This document shows, piece by piece, positions 15,302 through 35,457 of a stretch of 64,000 nt of DNA. The notes beneath the pieces were generated by a model. The model was not told where the DNA came from, did no database searches, and worked only from the letters and a program-made list of their open reading frames with translations. The stretch is from assembly GCF_009914755.1 (NCBI RefSeq), contig NC_060938.1, one strand, 5' to 3'. The stretch is from the human T2T-CHM13v2.0 reference genome, Homo sapiens. Position 1 is the first letter of the stretch. Each line of letters starts with the position of its first letter. The position numbers were made by a program, and so were the translations under genes.

Positions 15302-15424
<123 letters not shown>

Positions 15425-16437
15425 TAGAATCACCTAAAAGACTTAAATCTTAGACAGTTGATCATGTTATATGAGGAACACTTTTTGAAAGTCATTAGTA
15501 ATTGGAGAAAAATGTATAATTATAATTTATAGGATTAGTTGTACATTGTTGATTGTCTTTATTCCAAATATTAACATATAAGAAATGCTCATTCCTCAGA
15601 CTTGGTTTGTGTGTAGAACAGAATACTAAACATTTATTTTTAGGTCAGGTGAAATTAAGTCATTTCATTGGCCATAGAATTTTTACTCCTATTTGATTTA
15701 GACTAGGATCTGAAAGATTAGCATTAACACAAATTAGATTCATTTTGTTGTTGTTGTTCATCTTGTTGTTGAAAAAAACTATGTCTCTGTAAGTCATTTA
15801 TTAGTCTTTTAGGTTGTTTTATTTCTCAAGGCCCATCTGAAAACTGTGTGTGTATTCTAGGCTGAAGGAGAGAACAATAACCTGTATTAATGTACTTAAG
15901 TAAACGCAGTAATTTTTTAAATTTTCTAATTTGGTGAATTGTAATGTTGCTTGTATTCTTTTAGTAATTATTTGAAAAATGAATTCTGTAAAATTGTGTC
16001 TATTTATGGAATAAAACAAAATCTTTTTCTCAGTTTTAGGTCATTTTCCTTTGCAAAAGACTGAATTTATGTAGATGTTGAATTAGACACATTTACTTTC
16101 AGTGCACTTGACCTGTTCACATATTTTTTTCAGAAACTTTAGAAATACAAAACTATATCAAGATATTAGAATGACTTTTTTCTAACTTTAGTTTCCATGT
16201 TGGCAGAGGATGTTTCATGTTACGTATAGTAGGATATTCTGAATCTGGCTTATAAGCATAAATCTAAGAGGTCAGTTGATGACCAAAGAGATCAAGAGGT
16301 TTCTGGTTTTTCTATGACCACTGATGGAACCAAAATCTAATAAGTAAAATAGGACTTAAGCACACAGTTTTCACATGTCAAAAGACCAATGAAGATATAA
16401 GTTATCCAAAGGGATATACCCCTATAAATGACACCGT

Positions 16438-16610
16438 GGTCAGGAGTGGTGGTGTGTGCCTGTAATTCAGCTACTTGGGAGACTAAGGCTGGAGGATCCC
16501 CTGAGCTCAGGGGTTCTGAGCTCTAGTGTACAATGACTATACCTGTGAATAGACACTGCACTCCAGCCTGGGCAACATAGTGAGACCCTGTCTCAAAAAC
16601 AAACAAAAAA
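16438..16610 (+). mobile_element. FAM (fossil Alu monomer)
   Basis: Monomeric; contains the 7SL-like cctgtgaatagacactgcactccagcctgggcaacatag. Confidence 0.7.
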
Positions 16611-16848
16611 TTACAGTAACTTAAGGTACCTTATTTCCTTTCCCCATATGTGAAAGTAAAACTTACCAATGGGGGAATAAAATCTTCATTCTAAAAGACT
16701 TTATTGCAATATGTTATACGGCATGCAGAACTAGATACGTTGTTCAATTTCTTTGGTATTACAGTGTCAAAGCCAAAATATGAGGAAATTGAGGAAGAAA
16801 ATAAGATTTTTTGTGGTTAATTATTATGTGTAAGAAATCTAGAAGTGT

Positions 16849-17271
<423 letters not shown>

Positions 17272-17407
17272 CTAGAAGTGTTAAAGTATCAATGAAAACT
17301 TCTTTTTTTTTTTCTTTAATACTGACTGAGCTAGCCAGGCAAAAAATTAATTCTTAAACTTTGCCAATTGGGAATAAAGGAAAAAGATTTTTAAAAATTT
17401 TATGTAA

Positions 17408-20626
<3,219 letters not shown>

Positions 20627-20642
20627 CAAATACTTATTTTCT

Positions 20643-21240
20643 CATGATTTCTCTGGGTTATGAATCTGGGAGTGGCTTTGCTGGATGCTTCTAGCTCAGG
20701 ATCTTTCATGATGCTAAAATCATCTGAGGTTCACTGTTTACATGCCTCAGTTCCTTCTGACTATTGGCTGGAGACCTCAGTTCCCCTCCATGTGGTCCTC
20801 ACCATAGGCTGCCTAACTGTACTCACAAAATGGCAGCTGGTTTCCCCCAGAGCAAGTGGTCCTTGAGAGAGAAAGCCCAAGACAGGAGCTGTACTCTTTT
20901 ATAACCTGGTATTGGAAATGACATGCCACCATTTCTTCCATATTCTGTTGTGCACATAGACTAACCCTGGTACATTGTGAGAAGAGAATATACTCAAGTA
21001 CAAAAGCAAGAGGCAAGGATCATGGGAAGCATTTCAGAAGCTGACTACCACAGTCCATCAGTAGACCTCCATGATCGACATCCCTTCTATATGCAAAGTG
21101 CACATACCCTCTCCTAAAACCCCGAAAAGTCTCATTCCAGTACAGTTGGAAGTCTAGAATGTTATTATCTAAATCAGGTTCAGGTATGGGTAAGGCTTCT
21201 TAGGTGTTGTTCCTTAAGTACAGCTCATCAAGGACTATGT
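20643..21240 (-). mobile_element. MLT1 (ERVL-MaLR) LTR remnant, interrupted by the L1
   Basis: MLT1-like motifs ctcatgatttctctgggttatgaatctgggagtggc..., tgccaccatttcttccatattctgttg. Confidence 0.6.
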
Positions 21241-21275
21241 CTTTCATCTGTAGGGCATGTAATTACCATGTTTAG

Positions 21276-21566
<291 letters not shown>

Positions 21567-21904
21567 TAGCTCTGAATAAGTCCTTATTTCGCTATTGGTA
21601 TTGAAAGATACTTCATTGGGTATAAAATTCTAGGATGACAGGTTTTTTCTCTTTTAGTACATGAAGATGTTGCTCCACTGTCTTCTCCCTTTTATTGCTT
21701 CTGACTGAATTTATTGCTATGTAGATAACTTTTTTTCTGTACTGCTTGAAGATTATCTTTTTATCACTAGGTTTTAGAAATTTGATTATGATGTACCTTC
21801 ACATAGTTTTCTTCATGTCTTTGTGCTTGGGGTTTATTGAATCTGTGGTTTACAGTTTTCATTAAATTTGGAAAATTTTGGCCATTATTCCTCTAAACGT
21901 TCTT

Positions 21905-24900
21905 CATTTTTTTCATAATGGGTGTATATTTTTATGGGGTACATGAGATACTTTGATACAGGCATGCAGTGTGTAATAATCACATGGTAAATGGGGTGTA
22001 ATAATTACATGGTAAATGGGGTATTCATCCCCTCAAGCATTTGTTCTTTGTGTTATGATACAGTTATACTCTTAGTTATTTTTAATGTACAATTAAATGA
22101 GCATTGACTATAGTTACCCTCTTGTGCTATCAAATACTAGATCTTGTTCATTCTTTCTACACTTTTTGTACCCATTAACCATTGCTACCTCCCCCCACCA
22201 CCCCTACTACCCTTCCCGGTCGCTGATAACCATGCTTCCTTCCACTTTCTATTTCCGTGAGTTCATTTGTTTTAATTTTTAGCTCCCACAAATAAGTGAG
22301 AACATCTGTACCAGGCTTATTTCACTTAACATAATGACCTCCAGTTCCATCCATGGTATAGCAAATGACAAAATCTCATTCTTTTTTATGGCTGAATAGT
22401 ACTCTATTGTGTATATGTACCACATTTTCTTTATCCGTTCATTCATCTGTTGATGGACGCTTAGGTTGCCTCCAAATCTTGGCTAATATGAACAGTGCTG
22501 CAACAAACATGAGTACAGATATCCCTTCAATAAAATTGATTTCCTTTCTTTTGAGTATATATCCAGCATTGGGATTGCTGGATAATATGGTAACTCTATT
22601 TTTAGTTTTCTCAGGAACTTCCAAACTGTTCTCCGTAGTGGTTGTACTAATTTATATTCCCAGCAACAGTGGAGGAATTCAGCAGTGAAGCCATCTGGTC
22701 CTGGGCTTTTCTTTACTGGGTGACTTTTTATTATGGCTTTGATCTTTTTACTTGTTATTGGTCTGTTCAGCTTTTGGATTTCTTCATTTTTCAATCTTGT
22801 TAGGTTGTATGTGTCTAGGAATTAATCCATTTTCTCTAGATTTTCCAATTTATTCACATATAGTTACTCATAGTAGCCACTAATGATACTCTGAATTTTT
22901 GCGCTATTAATCGTAATATCTCCTTTTTCATCTCTGATTTTATTTATTTGGGTATTTCTTTCTTTTTCTAGCTAAAGGTATGTCAATTTTATTTATCTTT
23001 TCAAAATGCCAACTTTTTGGTTCCTTGATCTTTTGTATTGTTTGTTCATTTTAATTTCGTTTATTTCTGCTCTTACCTTTCTTACTAGTTCCTTGAGGTA
23101 CATCATGAGGTTGTTTGAACTCTTTCTACTTTTTTGATGGAGGCATTTATTGCTACTATACTATACTATACTATACTATACTATACTATACTATACTATA
23201 CACTTCCCTTTAGCATTGCTTTTGCTATATTCCATAGGTTTTAGTATGTTGTATTTTCATTTGTATTGGAAATTTTTAAATTTTATTTTCAGTTTCTTCA
23301 TTGACCCAGTGTTCATTCAGGAGCACATTGTTTAATGTCCATTTAATTGTACAGTTTCCAAAGTTCCTCTTGTTATTTATTTTTAGTTTTATTTCATCAT
23401 GGTCTGAGAAGATAACTTTATATGATTTCAATTTTTAAAAATTTGTTGAGACTTGTTTCGTTGCATAACATATAGTCTGTCTTGGAGAATGTCCCATGTG
23501 TTAATGAGGACAGTGTGTATTTTGCAGCTATTGGATGACATAAATGTCTGCTAGGTCCATTTGTTCTGTAGTGCAGACTAAGTCTGATATTTCTTTGTTG
23601 ATTTTCTGTCTAGGTGATCTGTACAATGTTGAAATCGAGGTGTTGATGTTCCCAACTATTACTCTATTGGGGTCTATCTCATTAGCTTTAATAATATTTG
23701 CCTTATGTATCTGGGTGCTCTGGTGTAGGGTGCATGTATGTTTATAATTGTTATACCCTTTTCTGAATTGATCCCTTTATTATTATATAACGACCTTCTT
23801 TGTCTCTTTTCATGTCTTTTGACTTGCAGTTTATTTTGTCTGATACAAGTATAGCTCCGCCAGCATGCTTTTGGTTTCTGTATGCCTGGAATATATTTTT
23901 AAATTTCTTCCCTTTCAATCTATGTGTGTGTTTACAGGTGAAGTTAGTTTCCTGTAGGCAGCATATAATTGGCTGTTTTTAAAAAAAAAAAAATTTAAGC
24001 AGAGTGTATTTTTATTTATTTATTTTTGTTGACATCAGGATACACATCTGGACAGTCTATATCTTTTAACTGGGGAATTTAAGCCATTTACATTCAGGGT
24101 TTTTTGCTAGGTGGAGGCATACTCCCATCATTTTGTTCATTGTTTTCTGAATGTTTTACATATCCTTTGTTCCTTTCTTCCTCTTTTATTGTTTACTCTT
24201 CAATTTGATTGGTTTTTTGTAGTAATAACATTTGACTTAAAAAAATCATTTGTTTATCTTCTTTATCAATGTTTTTATCCTTTCCTGTGTTTTCATGATG
24301 GTGATATCATCCTTCTGCTTCTAATTATAGGACTCAATAATTTCTTGTAGAGCCAGCCTAGTGGTAATAAATTCCTTAGTCTTTGCTTTTTGGTAAAGAT
24401 GTTATTTCTCCTTCATTTTTGAAGGATAAAGCTTTTCTTGGTATAGTATTTTTAGCTGAAGAGTTTTTTTCTTTCAGCACTTCGAATGTGTCACCTCAGT
24501 GTCTTCTGGCTTGTGAGGTTTCTACTGAGAAATTAGATGTTAGTCTAATGGGGGTTTCCTTGTATGTAACTTAACCCTTTTTCTCTTGCTGTTTTCAGAA
24601 TTCTCTTTTTGTCTTTGACTTTTGACAGTTTGACTATAATGTGCCTTGGAAAAGACCTCACTGGGTGAATTGTATTTGGAAACTTTGTGCTTCCTGTGTC
24701 TAGATGTCTGTATTTCCTCTAAGACTTGGGAAATTTTCAGCTATTATTTCCTTAAATAGGCTTTCTATGCCTTTGCCATTTCTTCTAGAAACTCCAAAAT
24801 TTAAATATTTGGTCATTTTTGCACTGTCACATATATCATGTAAGCTTTTCCCTCCCTCCTTCCCTCTCTCCCTCCCTCCCTCCCTCCCTTCCTTCCTTCC

Positions 24901-25710
24901 TGGGGTTGGTTGGTTGGTTTGTTTTTTTAAGATCCATCTTAAAGTTGAGAAATTCTTTCTTCTGCTAGATCTAATCTATTGTTGAAGTTCTTGCTTATAT
25001 TTTTTATTTTATTTGTTGAATTCTTCGGTTCCAGAATTTCTGTTTGGTTCCCTTTTATGAAATATCTCTTTGTTGAGTTTCTCATTTAGGTCATGAATTG
25101 TTTTCCTCATTTCTTTGTATTATTCATATGTGTTCTCTTGTATCTCACTGAGTTTCCTTCATATCATTATTTTGAATTCTTTTTCAGACAATTCATAGAT
25201 TTCCTTTTCTTTGGTATCTGTTACTGGAAAATTATTATGTTCCTTTGGAGGTGTTACATTTTCTTGCTTTTTCATGTTTCTTGTGTCCTTACATTGATAT
25301 CTGCACATCTGATATAACAGTTTTTCCAATTGTATGGATTGTCATTTGGAAAGAAAGACTGTTTCCTTTAGATATATCTATAGTGTTGATTGGACAGGAT
25401 GCTTTGGCTTTGGTTCTGGTTGTGCACGGTAGTGTACTCTCCGTATGATTTCTTTGACTGTAATTAGTGATAGTGATGTCTGTGAATTCCTTAGTGACTT
25501 AGGCTGCATTTGTTAATAGAGGCTGTGGTGAGGCATTGCTAGGGGTACGGATGCTAGGTAGGCTAGTCCTCAGGTGCCAGTAGTGGCTGCAGTGGGTTGG
25601 GTGTGCTAGTCCTTGGTCTATGGGTTGGCATACGTGGGCGCTTGTGATGTTGGGTCTGGGCAGGCTGGTCCTTTGGTCTACAGTCGGCATACTTGGCTAT
25701 TGGTGGTAGC
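21905..25710 (-). mobile_element. Old L1 (L1MA-like 3' end plus decayed ORF2/ORF1), rearranged
   Basis: 3' end tatggggtacatgagatactttgatacaggcatg; ORF2 remnants ([13 protein letters not shown]) fused directly to 3' sequence at about 22672. Confidence 0.7.
23153..23199 (+). repeat. (TACTA)n pentanucleotide microsatellite
   Basis: About 9 perfect units. Confidence 0.9.
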
Positions 25711-25745
25711 AGGGAAGAAAAGTTTCAAGATGCATAGATCTTTCT

Positions 25746-26150
25746 AACAAATGATTGTTCTCCAGTATGAATCAGGATATGGCAGCTCAGATGGCAATCC
25801 CTGTTGAAAGTCTTGCCACAACCTTCATAGTCACAAATGGTCTCTGTCCTGTGCACTTGGACAAGTATGCATCAAGCTTTTAGGCCTTGTTGTAATTGGT
25901 GATGCAATCCAGGAAGGAACAGATGACCCTCCTGCGAAGCATGAGGGGTAGCAGTGGAGATACTGGGCTCTGCTGGCTGTGATGAACAGGTCAGTGATGG
26001 TTATAGATGACACCACCACAGTGACCAAAGCCAGCGGCTGCAGGGCACCGGGGCCTCCATGCTGTGGGACAGGCACATAACCGTGTGCTAAGCCATGTAC
26101 TGTGAAACAGTGCACTCAGCCAACTGTTCCGGGTGGACCCCACCTTACCC
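25746..26150 (-). pseudogene. GTF3A (TFIIIA) processed pseudogene, 5' fragment (N-terminus and zinc fingers 1-2)
   Basis: Minus strand gives LQPLALVTVVVSSITITDLFITAS... and [61 protein letters not shown], matching the TFIIIA N-terminus; intronless, with stop and frameshifts. Confidence 0.85.
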
Positions 26151-26505
26151 CATTATCTCTGCTGCTGAAAACAATTTAATACATTGCTCTGAACATCTCA
26201 TAGAACATTCATGTAATAGGCAATACACCTTAGGCCACTCTCTCATTATACAATAGTGTAAGACACCAGAGAAAGTAGTTAACCCGTTTCAAAATATCTG
26301 TGATGTATGAATAGTCACTAACTTTCAAGGCTGATTAGAACAAACTACATAATTTAGAAATGTTAACTGTAGAAAAATGTTTAGTTCTTATATTCTAAAA
26401 TGGACGTTGTCCATTATCAGATGGAAAATTGAACTGACAAATTAGAATTTCTACAATGAGTCTCAAAATCACTCCTAATTTTATCACTTCTATTATTTTT
26501 TTTAG

Positions 26506-26685
<180 letters not shown>

Positions 26686-28305
26686 TAATACTATGAGTTT
26701 TTCCCTTTGCTATATTGATAGATGACTGAGTTAAGTGAATATCATAACAGAACATTTGGCTTGTGTTTCTTTTGCTTAAGTTTGAAGCCGTTAATGAATC
26801 TAGTCTCTTGCAGGATGCTTTAATTTAGCTGAAATATGAGTATCAGTGCTACAGTGCCAGTTTTCCACAGAAGAAACTTACTTCTCCCCTCTCTAAATTG
26901 TTCTTCACAGACTTCTCATTGATGAATCCTCCTTTGTGTGTCCATTACTTCTCTTTCCTGACCCTACTCTTCCCCCTAATTAGTTTTCAATGCCATATAC
27001 AGGCAATCCAATCCTCTTTAAGGCCTCTCTATTTGAAATAGTTTTAACTTAATGCGTAGGGAGGAAGAAAGGTCTTTGTTCCTGTTTCTGCCAGAGACAC
27101 TGTGTCCTACCAGAGAAAAGTGTAAAAGAGTTGACAAAGTAAAAAGAAATTAAAAACATTTTTAATAGCTGTTATTAGTTCAGATTTGCAATAAAGTATA
27201 AAAGGATGGAAAAGAGGCTAGTTCACTTGCCAAGCTTTTTCCTTACCACTGTAAACCCTGACATTTCTTTCCTGTTATAAGTATTCAGTTCTTGTTCATT
27301 GGCCCCATTATCTGTAATATATTGTACTTCCTCATTTTAGAGAAATAATAAATGTTCATACCTGTGTCATAATTTATTATATACCAATGATTAAATAAGC
27401 CAACTTTTTTCTCACACTTTTTTTTTCAGTTAGCTAATTACTGTAGAGTAAATCATTCAGTTGCTTGAAGATAACTTTTTTAGAGAACTCTGAAGCCTTT
27501 GAAAGCTTCCTAATAAATAAAAATGACATGAAGCTGCATAAGAATCTTTATTGGCCCATTTATACCATCAGGAAAATAACTCAGAATGAGATATGTTTTT
27601 AATGGTGAACTATTACTGCTTTCATATATAAATGATGACACATACCTAGTTTGTTTTAAAGACCAACACTTTTCATTAAAATAAATTATTGATCTTATTT
27701 TTTAAATCTTAGAACATGTAGTCTACAAATTTTGAATCAGCATATCATTTTGACATTTATAGTACTAACAGCAAAGTTGTTTTTTTTTCTGGTACTGATT
27801 TTAGCAACTGAAAGAAAAAATATTATTTCTTAGAGAACTTCCTAAAGCCAGGTGATGCTATTTTCAGATAGCCAAAGAACCATGTTTTAAATCTTTTAGT
27901 TTATCCTAGACACTTTCCCCAATGAAATAATATTGTAGCATTGGAAAAAAATATTATTGGCAATGAAAGCTGCTCTTAAGTATGTGAATTCAAATCATAC
28001 CATATTTTTATTTATTTTGGGTGGAAAGAGCAATCTAATGATCTTCAGTAATCTTTTTTCAATAAGTTATAAGCATAAATGAGAAAAGTTATGGTTAAAA
28101 ACTGAGGTTTCAAGAATTAAAGTTGGAAACTCATCTAAATGTTAAATCATGTCTAAGTTGCAAATTTGTAAGTATCTCAGAGCTCATAGAAGTTGACAGT
28201 TGATTAAAGTACTGGCTTTTTAAAAACAGTTTATTTGTAGTTTGGTACTAAATTTGTTGTAAAATTTTTCTTTCTCATCACATTGACAAACTATACATTT
28301 GATGA

Positions 28306-28479
<174 letters not shown>

Positions 28480-29156
28480 TAAGTATAGTAGTCTTCTAAT
28501 ATTGTCTGACTACTGGGGGCTGTTATAAACAATGTCTTAAGTTGTTGATCAAATATTAAATAATTGTTTCCTTCATGCAAGGCACTGTGAGATTAAAAAT
28601 TTAGGTGACATTTTGTCCTTGACTTACCTTTTTTAAACATTTGTTTCTGCTGTTGGCATATTCTGTACTCCAGACATCTCATTGTCAATTGATATTTTAT
28701 GAGAGGACATTTTAAAATAAGGTTAATTTTTAATATTATGTGGCTATTTTGATGCACTATGTAACTTACACCATATAGATGGTCAGTTGCCTCCATAGTC
28801 ATCCGATGAGCCTGCCCAATAGAGTAGGTACCTATTGTTGAGTCAAGCATTAATATGTTTTTCATTTGCTAAATGCAGTTGGTGTTAAAGTAATAGAAAT
28901 ATTGAGAAACTAGAGAATCAGATGTCAGAATTACAATACTATTATTTTTAAAACATAGTCCTTCATATAAAGGATAAGAATCATAATGAATAGTATTAAA
29001 AGGGAATAGTCAGATACTTTCAGGATGTGATTTACCTAGCTCTATACATCATTTTTGGAAGCTTACATTTAATGTATATATTATAAGCTTAGTAAAGTAA
29101 ATGGTGAATTTTATTTTAAGTTACTGTCTCTTCTAATGTTTTCAGTCATGAGTTGA

Positions 29157-29369
<213 letters not shown>

Positions 29370-31529
29370 TGAAAGGAATATCCTTATCTATAAAAACTAT
29401 CTCCCTGGGTTATATGCTAGTCAGAATTTTTCTTATATTTCATGTGATTTATTATTGTTTAAGTAATAACTCTCTTCAACCAGTTATTTAGGAGCACATT
29501 AGAATCCCTAAACAAAGATAGTCACTGTGATTTATAAAAGATATATTTCTTGCTATAGCTAAGAAGATAAAGTTACATAAAACAATTAGAGAAACATTAA
29601 TAAGTATATTTTAAAATATATAGAATCTCTCAAAAGGTATATAGTTTTGAATAATTTTAGAAACAGAAGTGGTAATAATTGAATTGGGCTCTGGCATAGC
29701 CCAATGAAGCAGGTAGAGGCTGAGGAGACTGAGGCTAGGTGGGAGCAGTCAGAAATTAGCTTGATGTGATATTTGCAGAATACTCTGAACTTTATAGGCT
29801 TCTGCTAAAATTCATTATCCACCCATAAGATAGATGTTCTAGGCCTTTTACAAATAAGATGGTAAAACCTTGGTCCTCTGCCTCCTAACCCAAGAATCTT
29901 TTTGCTGAATCACACTACCTTTCTCAGTGAAATAGGCTGTACAGTCAGATTATTTGTCAGTGAAATAGTAATTCAATTTCATGTTAACACTGACCACATA
30001 CAAAGGACTTTGACATACATTATCCCATTTGATAGGTAACAGAGAGCTGAAGCAAATGAACAGCTACAAAACACAATGAAATTCCAGTTTTAGGGAAGTT
30101 AGCCTGGTCAGCCACATTTGGCTTCATTTGGGGAAGAGAGAACCTAAAGGTACAGAGAACAGCTTAAGCGATAATGACAGTAATTCAGATGTGATAGTAG
30201 TCTGATCTAGGATGGGGAACAGTAAAAATGGAAAGCCGTTAATTTGAGCAAAGTTTCATTGATAGTCAATTTCAGTATTGTGATAAATAGCTTCTAAAAT
30301 ATTTCAATATTATATCTGTTCAGTCACTAATTTGTATTTTTATCATTTATTTCCTCTTCTAGTGAGTATGGTTATTAACCAAAGGAGGAAGCCAGAAAAT
30401 TAATCAGAGAATTGTATAAAGAAGCATGTGGTTTCCCACAAACTCAAATATTTAGATTGAAAATTGTATTTCATCTTATACTGGTTGGAAAAAAGTGAAA
30501 GTTGCAGTAAAATATAAAGTAAATAATCTTTGAAATGTAGTTGCTACACTTAACTCTGCATTAGTTTGGATTTTCTTAATACTTTTTATTTGTTAAATAT
30601 ATTTTTTAAAACAAAAAACTGTTTTAGAACTGTTCTAGATGCTTAGGCTACACCAATGAACAAAATAGAGAAAGCTTTCCCCTTGAGTTTGTATTTAAAT
30701 TGGTCAGTAGATAGAATTTAACAATGATAATCAGTAATATTCAAGGGATTTCTTCAGATACATTTTTTACATTAAGATATCATTGTAAGGTACATCATGG
30801 ATTTAATAACCTTTTAAGAAAAATTAAATGTATACAGAAATCCCTTTGCCTACCATCCTTTACATATTGTTACATATTGTTCTTTTCTTTAATATTATAG
30901 TCAAAATTGGAATACAGTTTGTTTCACAGACTCTGAAGAGCTTTCTGAGTCATTGCTTTTAAGTCATTATAATGGCATCGTGATGATATACATGCTGCTT
31001 TTACTTACCATGATCCTGATTATATTAGTGCCGAGGATTGCATAATTTTCAGTCATGGCAAAAATAATTTTGAGTCATGGCAAAAATACTGCAGTTCATC
31101 TACATTTTTTAATTGGTTGGAGTTGTGATTTCTTTTTTAAATTGGAAGTTAAGTTCGTTTGTAAATCAGTTAAAGTATTTTAAAGGATGAGGTGATTGTT
31201 GCTTAATCATGCAGAGGCAATCTTGGACAAGTACAGCAACTCTGTTTCAGCATTGAAGAACTGTTCAACTGTGGCATATTCAACCTTAAATGAAATTAAA
31301 ATGTGTATCCTGTTTCCACTGACAACAATTAAGGTTATGAACAGATGCCTGGTATACACAACTAAATTTCTATGGAAACAGGCAGTGACAACTGTATTAC
31401 AAATGCTGTTTTTCACATTCCTTTTGACATTACATTTAAAACATAGTTTCCAAAGCACTAAAGTTTGGGGAAAATGTGTCTTAGAATAAAATAAATATAT
31501 GTATTACTTAAGCTTTGCAGACATCTTGA

Positions 31530-31681
31530 TTTTTTTTCTTTTTTTTTATTTATTATTATTATACTTTAAGTTTTAGGGTACATGTGCACAATGTGCAGGT
31601 TAGTTACATATGTATACATGTGCCATGCTGGTGCGCTGCACCCACTAACTCATCATCTAGCATTAGGTATATCTCCCAATG
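31530..31681 (-). mobile_element. Short L1PA2-like 3' end fragment
   Basis: atactttaagttttagggtacatgtgcacaatgtgcagg...cccactaactcatcatctagcattagg with poly-T. Confidence 0.85.
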
Positions 31682-31982
31682 TTTTTTTCAAGAACAGTTA
31701 TTTGGCTGCTTTCTACCTTACTTTGTTTTGCTTGTAGTAGCATAATATGGCCAGTAGAAGGCATAGAATTTTTTTTAAACAGATGAAACATAAATCCATA
31801 TATAGCTACCTATCTTTACTTATAAAGTATCTTTACTCAGAAATAAGTGCAGTGTTTAGGCAGTTGATATATCTTTTCCTGTTATGTAAATGGCAAATAA
31901 TTTCAATGCCATTTCCCTATTAGGAGAACTTCTCCTAATACATTTTACAGGGTTTTTATTTTCTAATTCAAATATCTGATAA

Positions 31983-33386
<1,404 letters not shown>

Positions 33387-33570
33387 TGAGTAAAGTAAAA
33401 CACTTGAAAAACAATTTTTATCTTTCCTACTGGGAAAAACTATTGACAGCATTATTATTAGAATTTATGGTTCATAATTTATTGTGTTGAAATATTTATT
33501 TTTGCTAAAACTTAATAAATAGTCTTAAAATTTGAAAAGTATATAAAAGAAGAGGCCAGAGGAAATTACT

Positions 33571-33885
33571 TTTTATTTTTCTTTCTTTCCTTTTTTTTTT
33601 TTCATACAGGGTCTCATTCTGTTGCCCAGGCTGGAGTGCAGTGGTGCGTCTCTGCTCACTGCAACCTCCACCTCCTGGGGGGCTCAAGTGATCCTCCTGC
33701 CTCAGCCTCCTGAATAGCGAGGACTACAGGCTTGAGCCACCACGTCGGTTAATTTTGGTATTTTTTGTAGAGATGGAGTTTGACTGTGTTGCCTATACTG
33801 CTCTCAAACTCTTGAGCTCAAGTGACCCACCCGCCTCAGCCTCCCAAAGTGTTAGGATCACAGGCATGAGCCACTGTGCTCAGCC
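33571..33885 (-). mobile_element. AluJ
   Basis: Antisense dimeric Alu. Confidence 0.85.
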
Positions 33886-34627
33886 ATTTTTTCCTACTTA
33901 AAAGATATTTTTAAACATTGTTCTGATTGAATATGTTCATGTTTATATTTTTTCTTTCAGTAATATTGAATTATTTCACATTAATAATACTCTGCAACTT
34001 TATGCTATATAATATCGTTATAACAGTCATAATGAGTTATAGTTTTCTTAGAAATACCTGGCTATTTCTAAAGCTAAATTTTTATAGGTTATTTCTGCTA
34101 TTTTGAGAAGATAAGTTTGTAATGACCATCTTTGTGCATGAAGTATTTTCTCCATTTAGGCTTAGTTCCTTGGGCTAGCTACTTAATCTGAAGCTTAGTA
34201 ACTATCCTTGTATGTAATCTCTCCAAATTTCATTTTGTTTCAGAAAGCGTTCCTAAAAGGGAACGCTTTTAGGAGTTATGAGTTATGGAGCATAAACATT
34301 TTTAAGGCTTTTAATATAAACACATTGGTTTAGAAAGAGCTTGTACTAATTTATAATTCTACTGACCATCTCCATGACTGCCTTTCTCTCTATACTTTCA
34401 CAAATTGGCATATTTAATAGGTGAAAATTGTAATCTCACCTTTTAAACAGTGGGCTAGTTTGTAGGTTTGAAACTTTTACTCTGGTCCTTTATCTAAAAC
34501 CACACATGATATTTCCCATTTTGGTGAATTTTGGTGTTATTAATTATTATTCCTCTGGACCAATTAGCCCAAAGTAATGTTCAGTGGCTGCAGTTCTTAA
34601 CTTTTTGGATTTAGAACCCCTTTATAC

Positions 34628-35048
<421 letters not shown>

Positions 35049-35349
35049 TAATATTTACTAGAGTGGAAAGAAAAACTCAAAAATTTCAAATGTTTACTTA
35101 TTAACTAATTTAAAAATAACAATGTCGTATCTATTGTATATTAGCATAAATAACATTTTAAAGTTAAGAATAACTATATTTCCACTCCCCCAAAAAATTA
35201 GTGAGAAGAGTGGCATTGTTATATAGTTTTGCAAATCTCTTAATGTCTGGGTTATTAAAAGACAGCTGGATTCTTGTATCTACCTGTACATTCAGTCAGG
35301 TGCAGTATATTGTTTTGATTGAAGTAGCTGAAAAAAAAAATTCACCTTC

Positions 35350-35457
35350 ACTCACCATGTTGGCCAGGCTGGTCTCAAACTCCTGATCTGAAGTGATTTG
35401 CCTGCCTTGGCCTCTCAAAGTGCTGGGATTACAGGCATGAGCCACCTTGCCCAGGCA
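35350..35457 (-). mobile_element. Alu left-arm fragment
   Basis: caccatgttggccaggctggtctcaaactcctga...gagccacc. Confidence 0.8.

Noticed and set aside
29378-29385. ATATCCTT, a possible AT-AC U12 donor after exon K
   Set aside because: A canonical GT donor at 29358 keeps the frame, an in-frame TGA precedes the motif, and the intron's 3' end is U2-like.
30974-31040. Possible C/D box snoRNA (GTGATGA...CTGA/CCGA)
   Set aside because: Too short, imperfect D box and weak terminal stem; no recognisable guide.
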